Source of the DNA: Trichoplax adhaerens
Taxonomy: Eukaryota; Animalia; Placozoa
Length of the DNA stretch: 64,000 bases
Reading direction: 5' to 3'
NCBI RefSeq assembly: GCF_000150275.1
Contig: NW_002060951.1
Location: forward strand, 2,724,580 to 2,788,579
Within the stretch, counting starts at the first letter, position 1. Every line of letters begins with the position of its first letter. A program made the position numbers and the translations under genes. Below are positions 1-13,321 of this stretch, one piece after another. A model generated the notes under the pieces. It was not told the DNA's origin. It did no database searches and worked only from the letters and a program-made list of their open reading frames with translations.

Positions 1-3000
1 GATGGTCGTAACTAATACAGAAGAAGCAGACTTAATTGACATCTCCGTATAGGTTAGATATAGGTTATAAATAAATTGAAATACTTGTATACGATGTAAT
101 GTACATACATCATTTGGTATATTCGGTAATGGATTATTAACAGAGCCCTAGTAACCAGGAAAGTGATAAACACGAAGTATGTAAAAGAAATATACTCAAA
201 ACGATTTAAAAATAAATGGGTATCAAGCATGAAAATTCAATTACCAGGAAGCAGTTTAAAAAATGAGAGATGGCGCAAGATAAAACACGGAAGCTGGCTA
301 GAATTGGTAGTAGTGAAGAGTAATTTATTGGTTTATAAATTTAACTGCAATTTTGACTACGGCATATTACATATAGTCTATCAAAATCAATAAGTTTAGC
401 AGCAACATCGTACTACGTCTTATCAGCTCTTTAAAGGTTCTCTTTGCAATCCTAGTAATCATTTCCGTCAAGCACAGTTTCTAGTTTTAAAAAAATTTTA
501 ATATAAACCTTAATTTCTGAAATGTTATATTTTGTCGAAAAAGATTTAAGCATCTAACTGCAAACAAATCAGACAAATTAATAGATAAAACTATCGCCAC
601 ATCGGACTTACATAAACATAAGACAGTTCCGGCGTATTAGCAATTAAAGATGCTATATAGCCAATGTAGCGAATATTGATACCCCTATAAAGATATTTAG
701 TAACATCAAATTACCCCGAAAAATGGATAATGTATCATCTTTAAGTTAAATAGCCAAATAAGGCACCTTTGATGCAATACATCCTTAAACGAATTTCCAT
801 CGACCGGACTAGTCAGACTTTTCAGTTCTTCAATCTTCAAAAGTTAGAGTCCATGTTTAATGTATGATTTACCGTATAGGCGAATTTAAGCACTTAAATA
901 TAACAGCTTGTACCGTTTTAGGGATAATACTTTCAACTAAGAATTTGGCTGCATCATGAGCGAGTGATTTATCCTTTCCCAAAGCTTCACTCTAGATGTG
1001 AAAAATTAAGACTTTACTATGGAGTTACAGCGATATCACCTTTAGAGCAATAGTACCTCAGATTCCGAAAACTTTATGTTGGGTGTAAATAGGTCGGGAT
1101 TAAACCTAATATCAAGTTCTATAATCCATACAAGAGTTACTTTTTAATTAAATAAACTTAAAACGCGGCATGCGAGTTTCAATTTACCAGTACTAGAGTA
1201 TGAACCCACAGCAGCGGCAGCTTTTTTCTTTGCTTCTATTACTTTTTCATCTGAGAAAATATTAGAATAAACTGTAATTAATCATTCAAAAAGATTTGGT
1301 TTGAGTAAAGCAATGTAAGCTTAAAATACTATACGGTACTTTGATTTTGTCCCTCGTTAGGTCCGTTACTATCACTTAATTCATTTTTGCCACCTTCTTT
1401 AATTTCTTCTGTAGATGGTAACGATTCCACCGGAAGTTCACTTAAAGCTTCATTTCCATGTTGATCAACTCCGTCCTTAAAATGTATCAAACCTAGTTAT
1501 TCTGAGCTGCAAATATATAAAAGTATGCTTCTGAAGACACCTTATCTTTAAATTGCTTTTGCTGATCAGCGTAAGAGTATATGGCGACAAGTCTCCAGTA
1601 CAGCATGTATCGACCTCTGAAAAGAATAAATGTGTTTCCATAAACTCACTCTTCCATTTTAGTAGATGATCTATAAAATTACGTACGCAATAAAAGCTTC
1701 CACGAGCTCACGACGTAAACGAGACAAGCAGTGCCCATGGTTCAAAGGAAAATATTTACGGGGTTTATCATCATGATTACTCTCATTTGCTATAAATATA
1801 CCCATAAAAGAAGCTTATTATTAATTATAATGTACATTATATCTAAGCAATACTTTATTGATAGCTAGACCTTTTACCATCTTTAAAGAAATCTCTACGT
1901 ACCCTCAATGAAGTTTACATCTATTGGTAATGTTTTAATTAAATCAACAATATATCGTCTTCGATCGTATCCAAGGATGCCCTACGCAGTTAATAAATTT
2001 ATGTAAATTCATCAGAAAAGCCAAATTAAAGCTTAAACTTATCAGAAATACAAATAAACGTGTGTATTTATATATTTCTTTATGAACAAAACGCACTTTT
2101 AATTCTATAGATGACCAAATTTTAACGTCTTGATCAAATTTGTCTACGACGCTAGCAAAAAAAAAAGTTAAGTACACATAAACACGTCGTGTTAAAAATG
2201 TTATGTTATCTATACAAACATATATAATACTGGTAATCATAAGATATACCTAATCGGTCGAACTCGAAATAATTGTGAATATTTCTTCAACTAGAAATAA
2301 TTAAGATAATATAAGCAATAAGCACCACAAGAATTCATAGCTTGTATCTTCACGATTAAATACATATTGCAATTATGCCTATCTTACAAAGAACTGTCGA
2401 ATATTTACTTCACCTGCTCTATAAAAACTTCATCTGCAGCTATGGTTAAACCTGAATCGATGGAACCATAAATTACAGAGTTCTCCTGACTTCGGTTGAG
2501 AATACCTACAGTTACAATCATATAAATAGATCATTATTTCATAAAATGAAGTTTAGGCTTGTGCTGCAATAAACAATGACATGATAAAGAACCTGGAATT
2601 AAAGATTGAGCAATGATTCTCCGACCACAGTAGTCTATTACGGCAGTTTCAAGCGTATGTAAGCCATCAACGTCTAACTTTTGAACGAAGTCTATCGCAT
2701 GTACGTCTTGCCCCTAAGAATAGCGTGAAATCATAAAGCGGTGATTCTAGCTATAACTACTAACCTTGAAGGCTGTTATTCTTAAAGGAAAATACTACTT
2801 AGCGAAAGTGATACTTACCGCAGCCCGATAGGCAGCTATGTCGCCTACATGACGTATGTAACATAAATTTAAATTTATGAAAAATAATCAAGTATTTTCA
2901 TAATTTAGTAATATATATATGGACTTACCTCCAAGTTGCTTATATTGATCACGACAATCTACAGCAAAGCTGAAGAAGATGTTATTCCAAATATATAGTC

Positions 3001-5931
3001 GTAGCCTGTTTAAGATAATAAACAGCGGTATCACAATTTAAAGCTAAAGCTCAAAATAAAAATTAAGGTACAAGATATACTTAAATATAAATATATTGTG
3101 AAAAGGTATGACCTCTCTGGTTCAGCTGGATTCATTGCAACAACATTTCCATCTACTACAGCGATAGCACCCTTCGTAGCTACAGCCACGAAGTCCGTAT
3201 TAACTCTAAATATGGTCCGATCTCGCTCAATTTTTTCTTGAATTGTTTCTGTCGGCATTTCTTTAGCTGATTGAAAATCATCATTCCAATCGCGTAACTG
3301 TAAGGTGTTTACGTAAGTTAAATTTACTCTCCACAAAAAATTTAAGAATTTTAATATTTTCTATGTATTGTATACCTGCCCTGCTAGGTGCTCCTCATAT
3401 CCAACTCTAGCAAACGAATCTGTAATGAAACGTCCGATATAATTACAAAATTATGACCAAAGAAATTATTTGCATTGTAAATAGACATAATAGCGCAGAA
3501 CATACAATCTTCCGCTCGCTGTTTATCATAACCGTGATCTAATTTTGGCACCGCCCATGGAAAAACTGAAAATTTCGAAAATAAATTATTAATTTACATT
3601 AAAATAGATTTAATAAAATAAATAATTAGATTATACCTTGGTAAGGCGTAGGAACAAGTTCTAGAGGATTCGTCTTAAGACTATAAATTTATTATCCATA
3701 TCGCCATTAAATTAATTAATAGGGTAAAAACATTTAAAGCTACAATCGTTATTAGCACCATGTTAGCACTAACCTGACTTTTTGAAGAATTAAGAAATTC
3801 TTCTTAAACAAAGGGCTTATCTAATGGTAAGTTATACATAATAAGCAAAGCACAATTTATGGATGACATCGAAACCTCTTTCATAAAAGCAGAAAATCTG
3901 TTGTTATGATACCCTATTTAGTAATCCAGCTAAAGTGTGGCTAAGAGGAAACTCAGAACTTGGAGCAGGATTGAAAATGTGATCTTTAGTCCTGATAATA
4001 AGACATAAAGATAAAGATATAGATCAAATCTATTTACTCAACATCAGCTTAGATCTTAAGTATCATTCACTTCAAATTGACAGTATACCTTAGAAATATA
4101 ATAAACCTTGTTACTAGCATTACCTATTGACAAAAAAGCCAGTTATTGATGCTGTGATATTATAAGTTTCACCTTCTAAGGTCTCCACGTTGACATACAT
4201 TAAATCACCTAATATCAGATGATCGAATAAAGTTGTTACTTTAAGCAATTAATAAAGGAAAGGAAACGCAAAGTTTACAATCGAATTGCAACTTTATTAT
4301 CTCTAGCGTCGAACCTTGTAGTTTCCGATTAGGGGGAGGTGGATTCCATCCGCTAGTTGATAACTCCTTCAAACACTGCGAAGGCTTTATTTAAAGAATG
4401 ATAAATCATGTCTGTTCCTACACAACATTTATATAAATTTTGTATACAAATTATTTTGTAACTCTCAAGGATAGCTTACATCTTGGTATGATTCATTAAA
4501 GTATAATGGAGTAAGAGGTACGCCGTTAGAAGTTGCGCTGCCAGGAATTAGATAACATGGAGGTGCGCAATCCAGTTGCGATTCTTTAGTTGAACCTTTT
4601 TTCAATGCTTCCTCTGGAAACGGAATACAAAAAATATGGTATACAGTAAAATGAGAAATTTTTACGGTATATTTTTGTCGTGACCGAGCTATGCTCTGAG
4701 TACAGCATCTGGATTCAAACAATTGTACGGCTGCAGTAAAATTTTGTCGCTTGTGCTATGTAAATTACATCTGTACTTTACAATTCAGACCTTCAATATC
4801 AATCTCTGTTATTCCACTTAAAAATGTTAATGACATATTATCTTGAGCAGTATAAGCGTTGACTCTGGAGAAACTGGTCAGCAGATCACGTAAACGTCTT
4901 AGATGAATTTTTACATCCCGCAGATTATATTCCTCTAAAAATTATAATATTTTATAAATCATAATGTGTAATGTTGATCGTAGGTATCAACTATTTAAAA
5001 TTTGAGCGAATTACATACCATCCATCAGGCGAATCAATGACCCATCATCAATATCTTGCAATTTTCCTATCACGGCCAATTCATCTAAACGCACTCCATC
5101 AACATTTTGTAGAGAGTAACAAGTCCTATCGCATGTCTCCGGCCGATCAGAAATATAATCGCGTAGTTCCATAAGTCTCTCATATGTTGACACCTACCAT
5201 AAGAACAATAGTCCATTATTACTAATAAAATCCCTTAAGAGCGAGGCAATTAATGCTAATATCAATCTAAAAAACTACAAACCATCGTTCAGTTTAAACT
5301 CACATACTTCGGTAAGTACAGTAATAAAATCTAATCTCACATATCTACAGTTTCAACTACTTCACACGTTCATACACTACAGAATATATTACTGTTGTAG
5401 GTAACTGTGGCAGTGTCCAAAGATCAACGTAAAATAACGTTCACATAACATACAGGACAGCACTAACACATCCCTTGCGTACTTGACAGTGACGAGTCAT
5501 CAATAATATTTAGAGCTCAAACTACAAATTAAACGGATCAGTCAAACTTATCTACCCATCAGGAATTAGCGTAATTGATACTACATTGTGTTCAAGGTGC
5601 GCTATTTCGTCATTGACATACACTTAGCTTTAACGGTTCAGGTATACCAGGTAAAGAAAGTTGTAAGGTTATTTCTGATTGTCGATATAGAAAAGTGGTG
5701 TATTAGAATTCTATGCGTAAGCAAAGGTAGCAATGATAAAAACCTACCGTACGTTTAAAAACTTAGTGCTCAAGTTAACGAAGTTATAAACTCACCTCTT
5801 ACGTCCATACTTTGGTCTTGTTCCGAGGCATCATTTTCAGTGTTCGCATTTTTTGTTGCGGCAAGCTCAGGTGCTTTCTCACCGCCATTGTCAGAAACAA
5901 CATTTGATTCATTATCAGCTGCTGTTGGCAT
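1..5931 (-). CDS. CLUH: Clustered mitochondria protein homolog (Clu1/clueless); multi-exon, C-terminal TPR region runs off the left edge
   Basis: Minus-strand exons translate to [15 protein letters not shown]...[70 protein letters not shown] and [10 protein letters not shown], all matching the CLU domain. The likely ATG is at 5931, just after a splice acceptor. Confidence 0.93.
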
Positions 5932-7098
5932 GGCAGGCTAAATAGTCAGTTATGATCAAAGTTACTAGGTGCATACTCGTACACGTATACAGGTATAGTC
6001 TTATTACAAGCCTCATATCTTGCAACATGTTAATAGCTAAGGCAGAATAAAAGAATTTGCACGATATATCTCGTAAAGTGAAATACAGTAAATTATTGTC
6101 AATCACAATCCGAGAGCCAGTATCTATACTCCTTTACCGTTAATCTCCATTACACTTCACATAATATATGATAATAATAACAGTCATAGAAACTTAGAAA
6201 ATTTAAGCACATATTGCACCACTTAGTTTGGTCAGCAAAATGTTCGCAATCTCTGAAGACTAACCATAATCTATAAAATTTTTAGATTTACTTTTAAGTG
6301 TATTGCCTTAAATATCACGCTGTACTGTATACTGGTATTACCGTCTGTATCTTTAAGTTAAAGTCCCTAACAAAGCCACAGATTCCAAATTACAGTATTG
6401 AAGAATGATAGTAGAGTAAATGTAATCGCAGATGTAATATTGCTATCCAGCTCCTTAGCGCAGGATTCAATGGCTGTTCGGCAGTTTACAGTTGTGCAAT
6501 AATGTGCATACGGTATGATGCAATGAGGTCTGCAGGTTCGTGGAGGTGAGCTTAGATCACATGTGAAACATGTTGAGTATCTGAGATTGCGCATTCGCGA
6601 AACTAGCAAAAGCATGCAGATATACTGTACAGAACTGCATACTGTATACAAAAGTGGTAACTAGTAAGTAGTAACATTGTGTAAGAAAGCGCAGTTCGGC
6701 AGCTGGCAGTTTAAAGAAAGTGGGGCGGTACTATCAGAGCTCTAGGCCGACTGTGCAAGAAAGCATTTGGCCCTCTTCGGCTACCGTACGATTGAGATAA
6801 CCTCTGGACAGACAGTGCTAATGTACAGTACTATACAGTAGACCGGTATTACGACGTGAGTTGTATGATGGTTGGAGCGAGCGTACATGTAACAGCGACT
6901 GAGAGTTTGTATTGGAAACTTTAAAGAAATATAATTATTCAATACAGTACTGCAATAAAAAGTAATAAAAATATCAAAAGCCAATTTCCCAAGGTTGTAC
7001 TGATCTGTCTGTATGGAATTTGAGCCAAATTGAAAGTACATTTCTTCAAAATTTGAAGATATAATTGAAGGCTGAACATCTTTCAACCATTTTAGAGG

Positions 7099-7545
7099 GC
7101 TTGCTACGCCCCTGCAATAGTGGTCTCATTTGAAAAGGCACAGCACCTGTACAGTGTACAGTGTAATTTATCTGAAAAGAAAATAATCACGTTCAGTATA
7201 GTGCTCTACGGTGGCCCAGAAGGCTCATACGGTACAGCCGGACAGTACTGTACAGTACAGTGTACAGGTGTGCTGTAGCTGCAATGACAATCGGTCCAAG
7301 TCCTCTGCAATGATTAACCTTAACCTTTACAGTATAACAATACAGAAAACACTGTAAAAAAAATGAGGGCTGCAATGAATACTGTACAGTACAGTACAGT
7401 ACAGTACACTATCCTGCATAACTGGAGAGCTCGCCACGCCCATGATTAATGCCTCGCCTCATGTACTCTACAGTACGCTGTACTGTACTGTACAGTACTT
7501 GCTTGCTACGCCCCTGCAATAGTGGTCTCATTTGAAAAGGCACAG
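7099..7545. repeat. Perfect 45-bp direct repeat pair (7099-7143 and 7501-7545)
   Basis: gcttgctacgcccctgcaatagtggtctcatttgaaaaggcacag occurs twice, 402 bp apart. Confidence 0.9.
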
Positions 7546-7642
7546 AAGCTGTACTGTACTGTACTACTGTACAGTATACTGTACAGTACAGTACAGTACA
7601 GTACCATGGGATAATTAAATGTACTGTACTGTAAGTACTGTA
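7146..7642. repeat. (CAGTA)n/(TACTG)n array 1, between divergent CLUH and the desaturase
   Basis: Runs such as tactgtacagtacagtacagtacagtacac (about 7380-7409) and gtactgtactgtactactgtacagtatactgtacagtacagtacagtacagtac (about 7551-7604). Confidence 0.9.
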
Positions 7643-8048
7643 TTGTGCTATTGCCACACCCTGAAAAATGATCACGCCACTCCGTTCTACGTGCCTTGTG
7701 CGACGGTTGAAATGGCATTGTCAATTGTCCATGTGATAGAATGTGCACATTCAGCAGGCTGAAAGCCTAAAACTGCACTGTTGCCGGTTGCTATGTGCCC
7801 CCTGTATAATTGCATTTATCCAATATACAGGTTATACACTCTAAGGTCAGTACGACGCGACGTCAAAGTAGGGGACCCCAAGTTCCGAAGTTGAGCTGAA
7901 ATCTAAAAAGTCTGTTCATCTTTTAGATCGATACCAAAATTAATTCAATATCGAAGGTAAAGGACATCTGATATCTGAGTTTTATTACAATTGTAGCTGG
8001 TTATCTATTTTATTTCAAGAATACAGATAATATACAATCCTGTTATTA

Positions 8049-8093
8049 GTGTAAGCTAGAGACCCTTTCTCTAAGGGTCTCTCTAGTGTAAGC
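8049..8093. mobile_element. 29-bp hairpin micro-element with an 8-bp target-site-like duplication
   Basis: gtgtaagc [tagagaccctt-tctct-aagggtctctcta] gtgtaagc; 10-bp stem at 8058-8067/8073-8082. Confidence 0.5.
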
Positions 8094-8460
8094 CTTTCGA
8101 CTGGATCTTGAGCGTTTCCAAGTGTTAAAATCCCTATACGAGTTGTCCAGCTGTTTCTTATTATTTTTAATTTCTCTGCTTTTGGTTCAGTACAGTATTT
8201 CCTAATTTATTAACTTTTCTTGCGTAGTGTTAGTTAATCTTGATTTTATTTAGCCTACTGTACTAATGTACTATATCTAAATATTCAATTTAAATACATC
8301 CCCTGCCGTATTCTGCTCACTACTCACCGTTACATCATAATTTGCTGTTTACTTAATTGTTACAACAATACTCGATTAAGTATCATTTACACTAACACAG
8401 TTCTACTACTACACGTACTACATTTATAGGATACATATTGCGTGTGTAATTGTTACGAAA

Positions 8461-9753
8461 ATGGCTCCCAACCCTGAAGAAACTTTAACTCATCGAACCA
8501 CCCTGAAAGAGGAATCACTAAAAGATTCAGGACGTGCACTACTTGCCATTGACGGTAAATGGTACGATGTTACAAGCTTCGTGCCTCGTCATCCGGGTGG
8601 AGATATTATCAAAGAATTTATCGGTAAAGACGCTACGGATGTGTTCTTTGCTAATCATCCGCAAGCATTTGAATTACTAAAGCACCGTAAACCTGTCGGC
8701 GACTACACCTCTAAGAAACCACCATCAAAGGCTATGCAAGAGTATCGAAATTTACTTAAATATTTTCTAGAAAACAACTATTATTATCCGTCCAATTCTT
8801 GGCTCTTACAGAAATGGTCAGTGCCTTTTACTATCTTGGCTGCTGTGATCTATGGGGTTGTTAATAGCAAAAGCCTATTCGTACATTGTTTATGCGGATT
8901 AGGATTAGCTTGGTTTTGGCAACAATGCGGATTTTTTTTACACGATTTTCAACACAGTCAAATCTTTAAATCGCGATTCTGGAATAGAGTTGGTGGATTT
9001 CTTTCCGGCACTGTTGCAATAGGTATTAATAGCGATTGGTGGAGAGAAGAACATTTCGCGCACCATAGTCTAACAAATACTTTAGTTGAAGGTGTTGGGG
9101 TAACCGATCCTCAAATGACTGAAGAAGTTTGGGCTCAAAATGAAAGATTGTTACAATTTTTCAATACAAAACTTCAAAAATTTTTTATAAAAATCCAGTG
9201 GTTGACCTTTATTCCTTTGGCAGTTGTCTTTGGCCGCCCTGCAGTAATTGTTGATGCATTCCATTTAGAGACTCGTTGGTATCAGTGGGTTGGACTACTA
9301 TTGCATTTTATATGGACAGGTTTCTTAATCAGCTTTCTCCCTAACTGGACACATATTGGACTTATGTATTTATTTGCCTGCTTAGGAGAAGGTGTATTGC
9401 ATGTGCAACTTATTTTAAATCATTACTCTAAACCATTTCATGATCGAGACGAAACCATGAATATGAATTTTTTTGAATGGCAATGTGAAACTTGTCAAAA
9501 CATTGATAACCCTGAATGGTTTGACTTTTTCCATGGTGGCCTCAATTTGCATATTGAACATCATCTATTCCCTAAACTTCCTAGAAGCACGTACCGAGAG
9601 GTTCAGAAAATGGTTAAAGATATTTGCAGACGTAACAATATTTACTACGATGAAGTACCGTTCTTTCAAACTCTGTGGAATACTATCGCTAATCTGAAAA
9701 GAATCAGCGAGAAAATAACATTTAAAGATATCGTTAAAGCAATGCGACCGTAA
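8461..9753 (+). CDS. Cytochrome b5-fusion (front-end / sphingolipid delta-8-like) fatty acid desaturase, 430 aa, intronless CDS
   Basis: N-terminal b5 domain (WYDVTSFVPRHPGG...GKDATDVF), three His boxes (HDFQH, HFAHH, HIEHH) and hydrophobic TM segments. Confidence 0.93.
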   Translation: MAPNPEETLTHRTTLKEESLKDSGRALLAIDGKWYDVTSFVPRHPGGDIIKEFIGKDATDVFFANHPQAFELLKHRKPVGDYTSKKPPSKAMQEYRNLLKYFLENNYYYPSNSWLLQKWSVPFTILAAVIYGVVNSKSLFVHCLCGLGLAWFWQQCGFFLHDFQHSQIFKSRFWNRVGGFLSGTVAIGINSDWWREEHFAHHSLTNTLVEGVGVTDPQMTEEVWAQNERLLQFFNTKLQKFFIKIQWLTFIPLAVVFGRPAVIVDAFHLETRWYQWVGLLLHFIWTGFLISFLPNWTHIGLMYLFACLGEGVLHVQLILNHYSKPFHDRDETMNMNFFEWQCETCQNIDNPEWFDFFHGGLNLHIEHHLFPKLPRSTYREVQKMVKDICRRNNIYYDEVPFFQTLWNTIANLKRISEKITFKDIVKAMRP

Positions 9754-11585
9754 AAAATTGTTAATTTTATTAGATAGTTTCGCTAAGACTTATTACATTA
9801 TTATTGGTTATATGGAATTTTGTTATGAAATAGCTTTATAGTGAATATTTAAATCGAATTATTTGTACATTTCTTACAAGTTTTATTTCGTCTTATTTGT
9901 AAGCTTGCAATTTACAGTATACCGGATCTTTAAAGATAGCCGTGCAATATTTTCTGTATTACTAATGCTATATTCAAATAGGTTACATTTAAAGATTTAA
10001 TTCGCCAAAATTTTATCTAGCAATGAAATATCTCCGTAATTACCTCTCTGGTAGTAGGTTCTACGTAGAATTTATAATTTTATCTTGCTAACGTATTACA
10101 GAGTACATCGGTGTATGTAATATCAGTACTTAATTGAATCCAAACATTAGCATTTAAATCTAGTACAAAGTTTGTTGCTTATTCTTGCTGATGGCATTCA
10201 GAACTTCTCAGATTGAGTTCTTCCGCATATGCTTATAAGCTTAATTTCAAACTTTTGAATTTCATTACAGTATTTGAATCATTAAGATTCAAAGATACTT
10301 TAATTGTATCAATTCGAGCTTCGATCTATAAGCGTGCTCCCATTGCTTGTAACGATAGTTGTTATTTTTTTCAATAATTATGTAATGAATGATGTGAACA
10401 ATAAACATGCATTTTTGCATCTTAAAGTGAAATTCGCATGATCTGTACTATTCCAGACGTATAACGCAGTATCGATTACACTGTAAAATTACGTTTTCTT
10501 CCTAATTTTGAACAGCATCGTTGTGGCTTTAATTACACCAATTAACGAGACGAATGTTTAAACTAAATTATCGCAAAAAATTAATTTACGTGTGCATTTA
10601 CGGTGGTGACAAGCGCTTATGATAGCTGAAACAATGAAGTAAAGTCATACACTGCCCAGCTGTATAACTGTCTATTGTACAAGTAACAGGTGATCATTAT
10701 GATTACAAGATTCAAGATATAATAGGTCGTCGCAATTGAAGCATCTCTAAAAAATATACACGTACAGTATACGCAAAAAATAAGCTAAAAGACAACTTTT
10801 AGTAAACGCTAACGTAGCTAGTAATAATTTACTATTAATACGTATGCTACACAGTTTTCAGTACCGGTATTCAAGAAGTCATAAGTTTATTTAAGTGCCA
10901 TTACAACTTTGATTTTAGTTATTAAAATGCAACGAAAGCAAGGTATACAAATAACCTGCGAAGGTATTTTAGTACACGTCAGAATTCTATTTATTTTTAA
11001 ATATTATGTCACATACAAGAAGTGATCGAATTATGCGTATGCATTCGTATTCCATACTAACGGCATATGTGAGTACCATATACTGAATTAAGATAACATA
11101 TGTGTACTAATACATCCGATAAACATTTATCAGGAAGAAGGAAATCTCTAAGAAAGGAATTAAGAAGGATAACGAGTAATTGTACTGTACTTATTTTATT
11201 TTCATTCACCCTACAAATAGTCAAATCATGAACGAGGATACAAAAAAAAGGATCACTATCGGAATCTATAACTATTATAATGAATATTCTAAGTTGATAA
11301 TCATCGTTACACAATAATAAGAGCCGAATTAGTAGTGATCGTAACTGATATCTACAGAACGATATTTTATATATCGTTAATCGAATGTAAATGATAAAGT
11401 AAAATAAAATTATACCATCATAATCTTCTACTTTTAGGTGATGACTGTATCATAAGGTCTTTGTATCTTAATTAACTATTTCCAATAATTTCCTTAAAAT
11501 ATGAATTATACGCACATGAACTATATGTTATTATTCTAGTTTTATTAATCTTCGGCACTTAAAGAATTTCTTTCCGTATCAGAAA

Positions 11586-13321
11586 TTAATCGCCATATCT
11601 CCTGTCTGAAATTTTCATTTGACTAAGGAATGGTGCGCTGTCGGTACGCTGAACCACATTCAGCCCATCATAGTATATGCCGCTTTCATTAGATGACGAT
11701 AACCGCTGCATTGAATGTTGTAAAACATCCATCGGGGCAGTGACTGATGTCACCGAGTTTCCATAAGGTGGGAATTTACAGACTTGATAAGTTAATGCAT
11801 TTTGACTATTGACACTAGATGAAGGTGTTAAGAGTCTATTTGGGTGAACAGAAACTGGATTAGTACTATTACTCCCCATACTAACACACGGTGGAGGATA
11901 ATACTGTGGTGGTTCCGAAGTGGATGGTAGAGAGAAAACTTGCGCTTGTAACGCTCTTAAACCGTAGCATGACGGATTGTAGATCCTTTCTTTTCTACGC
12001 CAACGTGCTCTGCGATTCTGAAACCAAATCTGGTATTGAAATATTTCAATAGAAGATTTAAAATACTGAAGTTGCAAGCGTTAACTACACAGTAGTAAGT
12101 CACCGTATACTTTCTATCATATCTTAATCTACTATTTACTCGTATTATTAACATTCTATCACAAACATTTTCAAGTGCTATTATACAAAACCCACGTTTT
12201 TAGGATAGTTGTAGGAATTATAACTTACGTCACAGTATGGATATTTTTAATTAAATAAAATTTCAGGTATCAACTTACAACCAGTTCGTTGTAATAGAGA
12301 ATAAAATTTGAACAGAAGAGTTATTGATATCTTTCTTATACCAGAATTTTATTCAAACTATAAAAAATTTCGACTAAATTTTATCGCTATCAATTCTCGC
12401 AGATCATAAAGACTAATAACTACGAAAAGTCGTGAATTCTAATTTCTCCTATAATTATTATTTACTAATGTATTTTAATCATTTGATAATATCTACCCAA
12501 AACGACAATAAATAAGATCAAAAGACTTATTTTTTAATTGCTTCCATCAACCCCTTGCATATTTGTTAACATAATCCTACATAGAAATGATTAATTCTAT
12601 ATTATTTATTAATTCTCTCATAAATAATTGCTCCTTCTAGGCTAGAAAATGAGCGTTGATATACGTATGGTCATATTATATAAGCAAAAATAGTAAAAAA
12701 TTTGCAATTCCTAAAGCTCCTAACAATAACTTATTACTTGAAACTTAGTATTTTAATCAGGGGTAGATTCAGAACTCAAATACCTTTTTAATTAGTCAAT
12801 TTTATAAATTAAAACGATTAGAATGTAGAAACTCCAATGAACATAGGAAGTATCAGGGAAATTAATTTAGAAGTCAAGAGAATGGGAAAAATTATTCTTA
12901 ATTTATGGTTACTACTTTTCATTTTAGTATTCTAATGATAAAATTAAGCCATCAAGTCGATTAAATAATTATAACGGCTACTTTAATGTGATAATGAGAT
13001 AGTATTTGATGATAGCTAAATCTGATTAAAATGTCTGCTACTAATTTTATATCAGCAACCTGTACAGGATAGCATAAGTGCTCTTTAAAGTTACGAAATT
13101 GAAACTAATAGACCTACTTGAATTCTTGCCTCAGATAAGCCTAGTTTTTGCCCAATCTCTTCTCTTGCAACTATATCAGGATAGTGCGTTTTCTCAAACA
13201 ACGACTCCAGATCTTTTAGTTGATCACGTGTAAATGTCGTTCTAGCACGACGTTGTTTCTTAGCCATATTACTGATCATCTGATGACTAACGCCGTGGCT
13301 AATAGACTGCTTAGCTTCCAT
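11586..13321 (-). CDS. PRD-class (paired-like, Q50) homeobox transcription factor; exons 13321-13118 and 12029-11586
   Basis: Spliced homeodomain [46 protein letters not shown]|[14 protein letters not shown], with the canonical PRD-class intron between residues 46 and 47 (GT..AG). The exact family (Arx/Rax/Unc4-like) cannot be resolved by eye. Confidence 0.92.
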
